Source of the DNA: the human T2T-CHM13v2.0 reference genome, Homo sapiens
NCBI RefSeq assembly: GCF_009914755.1
Contig: NC_060928.1
Length of the DNA stretch: 64,000 nucleotides
Strand: one strand, 5' to 3'
In this document: positions 44,215-64,000 of the stretch, in pieces
Layout of the letters: each line of letters opens with the position of its first letter
How positions within the stretch are numbered: the first letter of the stretch is position 1
Position numbers and translations under genes: made by a program
Notes under the pieces: generated by a model
The model's database searches: none
Told to the model about the DNA's origin: nothing
What the model saw: only the letters and a program-made list of their open reading frames with translations

Positions 44215-44770
44215 CCCTTTTAGCTGGAACTGCCACCTTCCAGTAATTTAACAAAATAATGAACACAAAGGGAAAGAGAAGCATCTGATATGTATTCTGT
44301 AGGCCTTTTAGAAAATACGGAGTTGTTCCTTTAGCCACATACATTCAAATCTACAGGAAAGGTGATATTGTAGACATCAGAGGAATGCATCCTGTTCAAA
44401 AAGGGAATGCCCCACAAATTTTACCATGGAAAACCAAGAGTCTATGGTGTTACCCGGCATGGTACTAGTGTTGTTGTAAACAAACAAGGGCAAGATTGTT
44501 GCCAAAATAATTAATGTGTATAATGAGCATATTAAGCACTCAAGAGCCAAGATACCTCCCCGAAACACATGAAGGAAAGATAGGAAAAGAAAAAGAAGGG
44601 AGCCAAAGAGAAATGTACCTGAGTTCAACTGAAGCAACAGTCTGTTCCACCTAGAGAAGCGCACTTTGTGAGAACAAACGGAAGGGGCCTGAGCTGCTGG
44701 AACCTCTTCCCTATGAATTCATGGCATAATAGGTGTTTTCAAGATAAAAGGCTTCTAGACTATTAAAAAG
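44215..44770 (+). pseudogene. RPL21 (60S ribosomal protein eL21) processed pseudogene
   Basis: Intronless match to RPL21 mRNA from the 5' UTR (ccttttagctggaactgccaccttccagtaatt) through NTKGKR...[14 protein letters not shown]...ELLEPLPYEFMA-TAA (44727-44729) and the 3' UTR. The start ATG is now ATA (44256), with multiple frameshifts and stops. The specific RPL21P number is not assigned. Confidence 0.93.
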
Positions 44771-44954
44771 TATATAAAAAATTAATTCCAGATAGATTGA
44801 CCTAAATGTGAAAGTTAAAACTTCAGAGGGTTTATCTTAAAATGTAAGCTAGGAGAATATCATCATGGCCTTGAAATACTTTTCTTAGATCACAAAAAGC
44901 TCTAATCATAAAGGAAAAAATTGAGACATTGGTTACTTTAAAAGTAAAACTTCT

Positions 44955-45090
44955 GGCTAGCCTGGTGGCTCATGACTGCAATCCTAATGGCTTTGGGAGG
45001 GCAAGACGAGGATCACTTGAGACCAGGAGTTCGAGACCAGCCTGAGCAACATAGTGAGGCCTCATCTCTACCAAAAACAAATAAATAAAA
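44955..45090 (+). mobile_element. FLAM_C/Alu left monomer
   Basis: Single Alu arm with A-tail; TSD aaaagt(t)aaaact. Confidence 0.82.
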
Positions 45091-46299
45091 GTTAAAACTC
45101 TTTTTTTAAAGACACCGTTAAGAGTGAAAAGCAAGACTGGATGAGAGAATATAATTATAACATATAACTGACAGAGGGCTTGTGTATACAGTGTATAAAA
45201 ACTCTTAAAAATCATTAAGAAAAATGTGAAAAACATTTTAATAAGCACTTGACAAAAGATTTATATTAAGTCCAACAGACTTAATATAGATATGAAAATG
45301 TTCACTCTTAGGTAACACAAAATAAAACCACAATAAAATACCACTATACACCCACTGGAAAGTCTCATAAACCAACTGTTGATGAGGGTGTGGAACAGTG
45401 GGAGTGTAAATTGGTACAATTGGGAAGTAGTATCTATTGAAGTTGAAGCAATAGATCCAACAATTCTGCTCTTAGAAATATACCCAGAAGCTTGTGCACA
45501 TGTATACCAGGAACTGTTACAGGAATGTTCAAAGCAGCATTATTTATAATGAAAAATTGGAAACAACCAAAATCCATTAACAGTAGAATGAATAAATCAT
45601 AGGATATTAATATAATGGAAAAATATAGAGTTATGAAAAGGAATGAAGACAGCTGTAACCATTACTGTGGATGAATCTCATAATGTTGAAAGGAAAAAGC
45701 CAACACTGAAAAATACATATTGTATGATTCAATTTATATAAAGTTAAAAACAAAAAGTAAAACTAAACTGTAGTTTTTAGGAATGATTATTTACTTGGTA
45801 AAATGATGAAAGTATAGAAGTGATTACCATAATAACCAGGATGATTTGAGACAAATGAAGGAAGGGGTTTGTTATCAGAAACAGAAATGCAGAGATAGGC
45901 TTCCTGAGTTGTTGGCAATGAATTTCTTGATCTAGGTGATAGATACATGGTTATTTGCTTTCTAATAATATATTAAACTTAACTTGGATATTTTATGCAC
46001 TTCTCTGCATTTGTGGTTTTCTTTCACTCTTTAAAAAAAGTTTTAAAATACCTATATATGATGCATACATGATACATACAAGTGTACATTCATACATATG
46101 TGTGTAAACAGTGGTGATAAAGATACTTGTCCTTGGACAGAATGGTTTTGGTAAATGTGCTGGGCTGTCTGCTTTGGCAGAATGTCTTGCTAATCCTAAT
46201 TAAGGTAGTTTAAGCCTCCTATATATTTGTTTTCAGGTATTTGATTTCAGTCAAATTGTGAGAAGAGATTATCTGTAAACTTTAACATTGAGACATTTA

Positions 46300-46430
46300 G
46301 GCTGGGAGTGATGGCTTACGCCTGTAATTCCAGCACTTTCAGAGGCCAAGGCAGAAGGATTGCTTGAGCCAGGAGTTCAAGACCAACCTGGGCAACACAG
46401 CAAGACCCTGTCTCAAAAAAAAAAAATTAA
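46300..46430 (+). mobile_element. FLAM_C/Alu monomer
   Basis: Single arm with A-tail; flanks attgagacattta / attgacacattta. Confidence 0.82.
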
Positions 46431-47197
46431 TTAAAATTTTAAAACTACAATATTGACACATTTAAAATTTCTTAAATGTCTTAGGTCCTATTTCTTAGGG
46501 AGAAATTTGTTTTTTATCTCATTGGTGTTTTGGCAAAGTAAAAATTTTACTGTGACCTTCAGTCAATTTTAGGCCATAAAATAACCTATAACTTTCCTTG
46601 CAGTATTTCAAAATAACAATGTGTTGATATTTATTACTGTTTTCCCCTCTGCCTTCACATCTGTTTTATAATTGCACAATGGATAGGATGATACCATTGA
46701 AGGCTTGTTTTTGGACTAATTCTTTGCATGTATCATCCTTCATTTTCCCAGTACACGAAGGAGAGTGATTTCAGCATTAGAAGTTGGGATTTGTATAGTT
46801 CAAGGATTTTAGTATTTTTAAGGCTTTTTCATCATAGTTTTTAATTCTAGTCACCACACATCTCTAGCCCTAGCATTCTGTAACCAAGGAAACGCCCTAC
46901 TTTTAGCATGGCACAGTACAAGTGTACCTTTTAAAGAAATATTCCAGGTTGAATACTCTGTGTATTCTGAGATAATATTCAAAAGAAGATCAGTGATCCT
47001 AGTGATTCAAAAAAGCCAAATTTTAACACATTAAAATTGCCTGAAAGTCTTAAGTATTTATTTTTAAAAGTCTTTATTTTTCCTAAATGATAAGCTGAAG
47101 CTGCCATTGCCATATATGGATGCATATACAGCTTAGGGAAACCAATGACTAAAATAAAATCCAACTGAAAAAATAAAGTTTAAATTTAAAAATTTCT

Positions 47198-47493
47198 GGC
47201 CAGGTACAGTGGCTCATGCCTGTAATCCTAGCACTTTGGGAGGCCAAGGCAGGAAGATTGCTTGAGGCCATGAGTTCAAGACCAGCCTAGGCAACATAGT
47301 GAGACCCTGTCTCTACAAAAAAAGTTTAAAAATTAGCCAGGCATGGTGGCATGCACTTTTAGTCCCAGCTACTCAGGAGGCTGAGATAGGAGGATTGCTT
47401 GAGCCCAGGAGTTCAAGGATGCAGTGAGCTATGATCATACCACTGCGCTCCAGCCTGGGCAACGGAGCGAGACACTGTCTCTTAAACAAAAAA
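47198..47493 (+). mobile_element. Alu (AluJ-like)
   Basis: Full dimer; ggaggattgcttgagcccagga. Confidence 0.92.
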
Positions 47494-47616
47494 TCTGTGT
47501 TGCAAATGTATTTTTCAGGTGAGTTGACTAGCATTTATCTTAAGGAGTATCAACTACACTCAAAGCATTTAGATAGGCCAGTTTAGGTTAAGATACAAAG
47601 ATGAGTAAGGTGTATC

Positions 47617-50511
<2,895 letters not shown>

Positions 50512-50871
50512 TATATCTGCTCAGGAGATAGATGGAGACAGATATGGAGGCAAATATAAGCTCTTCAGTGAAATAAGTGTTATAATGAAAGAATACTTAA
50601 AGATATTAGAAGTATAATAAAAAGTGTTGATGTGGGGGTGGAGTTTCCTATGAAGATCAGTTTTAAAAATGTAATTGGGATGTAAATTCTGTCTCTAAAA
50701 TACCTTATGTTATGTTTAGCCATCAGAAAGGTTCAAGGTTATTTTTTTCTTTTAACTTTTATTATGAACATTTTGAAATGTATTCAGAAATAGCATTTAG
50801 TAAACCACCATGTACCCATCACTCAAGAAAGCTTTAAATCAATGAAAACCTGAAGCCCTTTTTAAAAACAC

Positions 50872-51048
50872 GACTTTATTTATTTATTTATTTAATTTTT
50901 ATAGACAGGGTCTCACTCTGTTGCCCAGACTGGAGTGCAGTGGCACAGTCATAGCTTACTGTAACCTTGAACTCCTGGCCTCAAGCAATCTTCCTGCCTT
51001 GGCCTCCCAAAGCACTGGGATTACAAGTGTAAGCCACCATGCCCAGCC
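50872..51048 (-). mobile_element. FRAM/Alu monomer
   Basis: Single reverse Alu arm with a (TTTA) tail. Confidence 0.82.
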
Positions 51049-51299
51049 CTATTTTATAGTATTTTATAGCTTGCCCTTTAAACATGAGCATGATATCTAG
51101 AGTAATAGTGGAGTGATACTAGTTGCTTTCAGAGCTGAGTATCAATTTGTTTAGATGCTGCAAGACATCCTGAAAAATTTGGCAATTTCAAATGGAAATA
51201 TGAAATAAAGCTTTTTTGTATATTTAAATGAACTGTCAAGATAGTTTACTTTGAAGATTTGAGTTTCAAAAATGTATTATCTAAATCATGCATTTTCTT

Positions 51300-51301
<2 letters not shown>

Positions 51302-51332
<31 letters not shown>

Positions 51333-51616
51333 AGACAGAGTCTCGCTCTATTGCCCAGGCTGGAGTGCAGTGTTGCAATCTTGGCTCACTGCAAGTTCCG
51401 CCTCCCAGGTTCACGCCATTCTCCTGCCTCAGCCTCCTGAGTAGCTGTGACTACAGGCGCCTGCCACTGCACCTGGCTAATTTTTTTTTGTATTTTTTAG
51501 TAGAGACGGGGTTTCATGGTGTTAGCCAGGATGGTCTCGATCTCCTGACCTTGTGATCCGCCCATCTCGGCCTCCCAAAGTGCTGGGATTACAGGCGTGA
51601 GCCACCGCACCTGGCC
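51302..51616 (-). mobile_element. AluY-like
   Basis: ~30-T tail; gttcacgccattctcc and gttagccaggatggtctcgatctcc Y-type diagnostics; TSD tcttagttt. Confidence 0.92.
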
Positions 51617-51711
51617 CTCTTAGTTTCTTATAATTCTTTATAATGGACTGCTTATACCAGAGCTCCTATTTTATCTCAAAGTTTGATTATTTTGTTCACG
51701 TTGTTCTTTAG

Positions 51712-51855
51712 ATGCTATTAAACTACAGCTGGTTGAAGCAGGCCTAGTAGAGTGTCTACTAGAGATTGTTCAGCAAAAAGTGGATAGTGACAAAGAAGAT
51801 GATATTACTGAGCTCAAAACTGGTTCAGATCTCATGGTTTTATTACTTCTTGGAG
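51712..51855 (+). CDS. RAP1GDS1: RAP1GDS1 exon 8 (144 nt)
   Basis: gttctttag|ATGCTATT...CTTGGAG|gtgagt; (D)AIKLQLVEAGLVECLLEIVQQKVDSDKEDDITELKTGSDLMVLLLLG. Confidence 0.96.
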
Positions 51856-52039
51856 GTGAGTTGTAATTTATGCCAGCCAAAGAATGTGGTTGTCAGATGT
51901 TTTTAAAATTTATTGTCTCTTCTGTAAATACTACCCTAGACATTTTCTCATATTCCTATCTCACCTGCTATTGAGGTGATGATTTTGACATCTTAAACAT
52001 GCCATTGATACAACCAGACATAATGAACCTGAAAAAGAA

Positions 52040-52115
52040 GTGTCTTCACTATCTTCCAGTATTTGAAGAGCTGTCACATAGAAGAGATAGCTTTGGCACC
52101 AAGGGACTAAAGAAA
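52040..52115 (+). mobile_element. Possible L3/CR1 fragment
   Basis: ctatcttccagtatttgaagagctgtcacatagaagag resembles the CR1/L3 RT C-terminal region. Confidence 0.4.
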
Positions 52116-52333
52116 AGCTAGATGGCTCCCTGGGACTTGGACTAGAAAAAATGCTAGACTCTATTGTCTAGTATCTATTAAATGTTTATTATAAAAAGAA
52201 TCATTACTTTTCCCATTATGAATGTAACAGTTTGTGAGGTGTGAGTTTCCAGTTGGATATTCACCTAAGAATGTGAATTTGTTACTCCTAGTTATTTTTC
52301 TCTTGCTTAACTATTCGTTTCATTTACCTCCAG

Positions 52334-52465
52334 ATGAATCCATGCAGAAGTTATTTGAAGGAGGAAAAGGTAGTGTATTTCAAAGGGTACTCTCTTGGAT
52401 CCCATCAAATAACCACCAGCTACAGCTTGCTGGAGCATTGGCAATTGCAAATTTTGCCAGAAATG
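52334..52465 (+). CDS. RAP1GDS1: RAP1GDS1 exon 9 (132 nt)
   Basis: cctccag|ATGAATCC...AGAAATG|gtaagc; (D)ESMQKLFEGGKGSVFQRVLSWIPSNNHQLQLAGALAIANFARN. Confidence 0.97.
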
Positions 52466-53623
52466 GTAAGCATATTAGTTCCTCCTTTGTTAGTCAAATA
52501 CTCTATATTTGTTTATTTTTGCTTTGCTACCACATATACTAAAACTGGAACAGTTTAGAAGTTGTGTAATATGTGTATATGCTGCTAACTTAATTTTTCA
52601 GAAATCTGAAATACTTAGTGACATTCCTAACAAATTACATATTTTATGCAATTCAACTAAATTCTAATAGTTTAAATATCATGAAGTGCTTCTTTTGAAT
52701 ACTTGGCACTTCAGAGCTTAGTAAGTTTGAATCCCATTCTAGTATACATCTGCTTTCTTTTGCCTAGTGATTTTATTTTGGATCTAATTATCTGAGTATT
52801 CATTCTAGGATTATTGTGCCTCAACTTATATACTTTTATGCCCATAAAACTTAAGTATGAATAATCCCCTGGCATCGTGTAGAATGTTTAATTTAGTTTA
52901 ATAATGTTTCAGGGGGCGCCAGACTTCTATGTTTATGAAATCTGGCACTACCAAAAAACTCAAATACAGTCTAGAAACTCATTCTTACGTTCCTCATGAA
53001 ATATACCGTGTCTAGGAAATACAGTTTATTTTTCTTTTTAGTTTAATCATCTTCCAGTACAAACTGTTGGTATATATTATATCATAATGGCTTACTTGCT
53101 CCATTTTTACTCCTTCTTTTTGGGAGTGACTTCCTAATTATGGAGGTAAGAGTGGCATAATATGGATAATTATTGAAACTAGATATGGGGTAAATAGTGG
53201 TTCATTATAATATTCTCTCCGCTTTGTAAGTGTTTGAAAAATAATTTAGGTATCAGCCATGATAGCAAAAGGTAGAGTACTATCACTGTAACATTGGGAG
53301 AACACAAGCATACATCACAATAAATGAAAAATATTGGACATTCTAACCATGTGTTTCTACTTCTGATATATTATCTGGCTCTAAACTAAAGATTTTTCTG
53401 GTAATTTTCTGATTTTAAAACTTTTATCTAGTTTAAGAATTTTTTTTAACACTTCTCACTCAGTAAACAGAAAAACCTATAAATCTGATGGGAGAAAGAT
53501 TTGGAATTCATTTTATTGTATAGCTCCATTTTCCCTAATGTAGATAATAGCCAGACATCAGTATTATAAAGTATTTATAGATATTTTAAAGAGGAAGAAA
53601 AAGATGTGTGTTTTTTTTTTCAG

Positions 53624-53758
53624 ATGCAAATTGTATTCATATGGTAGACAATGGGATTGTAGAAAAACTTATGGATTTACTGGACAGACATGTAGAAGAT
53701 GGAAATGTAACAGTACAGCATGCAGCACTAAGTGCCCTCAGAAACCTGGCCATTCCAG
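53624..53758 (+). CDS. RAP1GDS1: RAP1GDS1 exon 10 (135 nt)
   Basis: ttttttcag|ATGCAAAT...ATTCCAG|gtaaga; (D)ANCIHMVDNGIVEKLMDLLDRHVEDGNVTVQHAALSALRNLAIP. Confidence 0.97.
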
Positions 53759-54029
53759 GTAAGACTTAAGAATAGAAGGCAGCTGTGTACAAAATAAAAT
53801 CCATCATTTGGGGAAGCTATTAACTGTATGTGATTTGTGAACCTGCTCTGATGAAGAAAATTTAAAAAAAAATAGTCTTCACATTGTTCACATTTTTTCA
53901 TGCTAATAAATGGAGATCATATGTTAAATAAGTTTTGTGAGACTGTACAAGAATAATCTTTGCCTTCATTCAGATATCCTGTTACCTTTTGCGAACTGTT
54001 AGATTTTCATCATGTTTTATAGTTAAGCT

Positions 54030-54320
54030 TTTTTAAGTTTGAGATGGGGTCTCACTCTGTCAGCCAGGCTAGAGTGCAGTGACGCAGTCCTGGCTCACCA
54101 CAGCCTCTACCTTCTGAGCTCAAGTTATCCTCCCACCTCAGCCTCCTGAGGAACAGGGACTACAGGCATGTGCCACCATGCCCAGCTGATTTTTTTTTTT
54201 TGTAGAAACAGGATCTCACTATGTTGCCTAGGCTGGTCTTGAACTCCTGGGCTCAAGCAGTCCACCCACCTTTGCCTCCTAAAGTGCTGGGATTACAGGT
54301 GAGAGCTACTGCACCAGGCC
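54030..54320 (-). mobile_element. Alu (AluJ-like)
   Basis: Reverse Alu. Confidence 0.9.
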
Positions 54321-54985
54321 TTAGGCATCTTTAGTTGAGGTAGAATAATGACATCAATTAACAGAGTCCACTCAAGAATGACTTTCAGTTGTTGTTTTTC
54401 TATAAGCAGATGTACAATTTTTTTAAAATAGCCTTAATGTGCCTTTGGAAGTCATGAAATCACTGTATTATGGAAAATACAACAAAAGATAGTTAAAACT
54501 ATTCTTTTATCCTACTTTCTAAAAATAAATTTCTGATTAGATGAAATAGTACAATTACATGATGATCCAATCCATTTGAATTCATTTGGTTTACATAGGA
54601 TAGTAACATTTATTAATGTCTATAACATTTATATTAACACAGTTGGATCAAAAACGGAATTGTGCTTTTTGTTGTAAGAGGGTAACATTTTCAGATTTCC
54701 TTTACAAACTATGTAAGTAAGTGTTTTGGATTGGATCTAAAAAGCCATGATACTGTCATAAAAATTATTATATTGTCTGTTATCCGCTTATACACAAATA
54801 GGATACGGACACACACATAAACAACTGAATTCCATTCTTAAAATTGACAAAAAAGTGACAAGATTGTTTCTAAATGGAAAAATAAAACATGGATCTTAAA
54901 GATACTTAATAAACCTGTATTGAATTGAATGTTTATCAACAGGAATGCTAATACCATTTTAACCATAGTCTCTCTTTTTCTCCAG

Positions 54986-55111
54986 TTATAAATAAAGCAA
55001 AGATGTTATCAGCTGGGGTCACAGAGGCAGTTTTGAAATTTCTTAAATCTGAAATGCCTCCTGTTCAGTTCAAACTTCTGGGAACATTAAGAATGTTAAT
55101 AGATGCACAAG
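54986..55111 (+). CDS. RAP1GDS1: RAP1GDS1 exon 11 (126 nt)
   Basis: tttctccag|TTATAAAT...GCACAAG|gtaaaa; (V)INKAKMLSAGVTEAVLKFLKSEMPPVQFKLLGTLRMLIDAQ. Confidence 0.97.
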
Positions 55112-55299
55112 GTAAAAGAAATGTTTTCCCCAACTTGCATTTTTCATATGATAGTCTTAATGTGCCTCTAGTTGAAAAAGGACTTGTTTTTAGCTTTTAG
55201 GATTATGTAATCATAAAAAATAGCAAATAAAAGATTTAAAAGTTGGTTTTGGAACTCCATTTGTTAATTTTTATGCTTGTTATAATTATTTATTTATAC

Positions 55300-55644
<345 letters not shown>

Positions 55645-56221
55645 TAGAAATTATACCATATCTCTCCTTATTAGTACTTATAGTCCTGGTTTTAGGTTGC
55701 TTTATTCATCAGTTTCGGCAGGGGGTGTTGTGTTTTGGCATTCTATACCCATTTTTACCTTGGCTTTGAAATCAAATTTCATTATTGTGACAGTCAAAAA
55801 TTTTTTAAATTTGTCTTCCAGACAGGGAGAGCATTTTTCTGTTTGCAGAAACAGCAGTCAGAACCACTCCTAGGAATGAATTATGTTTATTTACTTATTT
55901 CTAAATTTTAAACCCTTTTCTATATTGATTGCATAGAGTCTTTCTAAGAACCCTGCATTATAGTCCGCCAGAGCACTAACAGACTAGCAGGCTTAACCAA
56001 AAGAGTATGAAGTCATTTGTTGTTGTATTTTCTATAAAATTTCACAGTGTTACAGAAGAAGGCAAATAGCCCATCACATAAGGAATATTTGCAGTTCTAG
56101 CTTTAATGAAATTGTCGTGCTGTGTTTTTTTAGACGTCCTTCACACTCTCAAATCTGTACGAATTATTTCAACTGATTGTCTGTTAGTGATTCATTCCTT
56201 GGTTTGCCTTCTTTCCTATAG

Positions 56222-56361
56222 CAGAAGCTGCTGAACAATTGGGAAAGAATGTTAAGTTAGTGGAGCGTTTGGTGGAATGGTGTGAAGCCAAAGATCATGC
56301 TGGTGTGATGGGGGAGTCAAACAGACTGCTGTCTGCCCTTATACGACACAGTAAATCAAAA
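56222..56361 (+). CDS. RAP1GDS1: RAP1GDS1 exon 12 (140 nt; tandem acceptor, alternative start 56225)
   Basis: ctttcctatag|CAG|AAGCTG...TCAAAA|gtaagt; (A)EAAEQLGKNVKLVERLVEWCEAKDHAGVMGESNRLLSALIRHSKSK; phase 1 to phase 0. Confidence 0.95.
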
Positions 56362-56449
56362 GTAAGTTCCAGAGGAAACTGTTCACTAGAAAACTTCAGA
56401 GTGTCTTTTTCAGAAACCCAGCATTGTAGGTCCTAACAACTGGGATAAT

Positions 56450-56540
56450 ATTTACCTGAAAGTATTGTGAAGATTCAGTGAGATCATGTATATAATGTGC
56501 TTAGCTGATACATGGGATATAGGAAACACTCGGTAAATGG
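56450..56540 (+). mobile_element. MIR 3' fragment followed by degenerate trinucleotide repeats
   Basis: ttgtgaagattcagtgagatcatgtatataatgtgcttagc...cactcggtaaatg. Confidence 0.65.
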
Positions 56541-56882
56541 GGGTTGCTGTTGTTGCTGCTGCTATTGTTGTTATTACTTTTACCACCACCGTTATCAGCA
56601 TCAGTGTCAAACATTCTTTGTGCCAGGCATTGACCATGCAGCCTACTGATATTTAGAAATTAAATGGTACCTAGATAGTATATGATGTCCAGAGCTCACA
56701 GAGTTAGAAAAAAATCCATTCTTGTGGCTGGCTGTGCCGCTGTCTGGCACATGGTAGATAACCAATAAATGAACAAATGAGCTATTTTAAAGATCACAAT
56801 AGTGAGTACCCAGGCCAGCAGTTCAGCAGCTGATTTAGTATCTAGATTATATGATTTTTAAATTTTTTAAATACTGTTTTCT

Positions 56883-57482
<600 letters not shown>

Positions 57483-57954
57483 TTTAATACTGTTTTCTAA
57501 GGTGACCCTTTCAGTCATTTCTCTTGTACAACTTCAGTAGTGATTATATATGAGGAGAAAGTTTAGAACTCAAATCCACCAGCTGTTTTCATTTATTTTT
57601 AGAACAGATAAGAAGAAGATGCCAAGAGAAAAAACGTAAAACTAAAGCTGTTCTTGTATAAATCTCTTTCATATAAATAATTGGCTTCACCATAATAGCT
57701 GTCCCAGCTGGTAAGCCTCAGGAGTGTTCTTCTCCATCAGATGCTAAATCTTGAGAACTTTCCCTGGGGAAAAGCAGCTGTTAACTAGGACCTTCCTATT
57801 ACCTGTCTCACCCAGACCACCCTAAAAGCTCATACATTTTTCCTGACACAGGACCAAGCAGTATGTTGGCAAGGTGGAAGTTGTCAGGAGAGAATAGCAA
57901 AATGGCTTCCTTGGTACCCCTTTGACCCCTTCTCCATCATAACTGCTCTCTCAC

Positions 57955-59165
<1,211 letters not shown>

Positions 59166-59265
59166 CAGCTAACACTCCCTAAACTTGCCCACTCGCCCAT
59201 GCTCTTTGGAGTCATTACCCTTAATCTTTTTGCTCTACTCCAAGAGAATCTCCACCATTGGTTTG

Positions 59266-59396
59266 CAGGGGTATACAATCATTTGGATTTCCCTGGGCCA
59301 TATTGGAAAACGAATTGTCTTGGGCCACACATAAAATGCACTAACACTAACAATAGCTGATGAGCTTAAAAAAACAAAAATCACAAAAAAAACTCA
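59266..59396 (+). mobile_element. MER30 (hAT-Charlie) left half
   Basis: caggggtatacaatcatttggatttccctgggccatattggaaaacgaattgtcttgggccacacataaaat...gctgatgagcttaaaaaa. Confidence 0.8.
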
Positions 59397-63943
<4,547 letters not shown>

Positions 63944-64000
63944 GGCCAGGCATGGTGGCTCACGCCTGTAATCCCAACACTATGGGAGGACGAGGCAGGC
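63944..64000 (+). mobile_element. Alu 5' end (truncated by the window edge)
   Basis: ggccaggcatggtggctcacgcctgtaatccc. Confidence 0.9.

Noticed and set aside
44215-44770. RPL21 copy as a functional retrogene or snoRNA carrier
   Set aside because: Start codon lost and early stops present; host-gene snoRNAs are intronic and so absent from a processed copy.

Overview
This is primate (almost certainly human) genomic DNA lying entirely inside RAP1GDS1 (SmgGDS, an armadillo-repeat chaperone/GEF for small GTPases) on the + strand. Eight coding exons (conventionally exons 5-12) are readable with GT-AG boundaries. They join in frame to give HEGRSAVDQAGG...SALIRHSKSK. The first (147 nt, 49 codons) is the cassette exon that distinguishes SmgGDS-607 from SmgGDS-558. 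The rest is intron, largely filled with repeats: a full-length THE1 MaLR element, THE1/MSTA/MLT1 solo LTRs, a MER11 LTR split by an L1PA2-type insertion, old L1M/L1MA/L1PB and L2 fragments, over 20 Alu/FLAM/FRAM copies, DNA transposon fossils and an RPL21 processed pseudogene. Nearly all ORFs in the supplied track are repeat-derived or noise. I found no evidence of a wholly new biological system. The best leads are regulatory hypotheses: a THE1 5' LTR that could act as an alternative promoter/first exon, a candidate poison exon in the repeat-poor intron 5, fully frame-symmetric ARM-sized exons, a NAGNAGNAG acceptor, and an abutting inverted Alu pair. Repeat subfamily names and exon numbers come from recall of consensus sequences, not from a search; repeat boundaries without target-site duplications (TSDs) are approximate.
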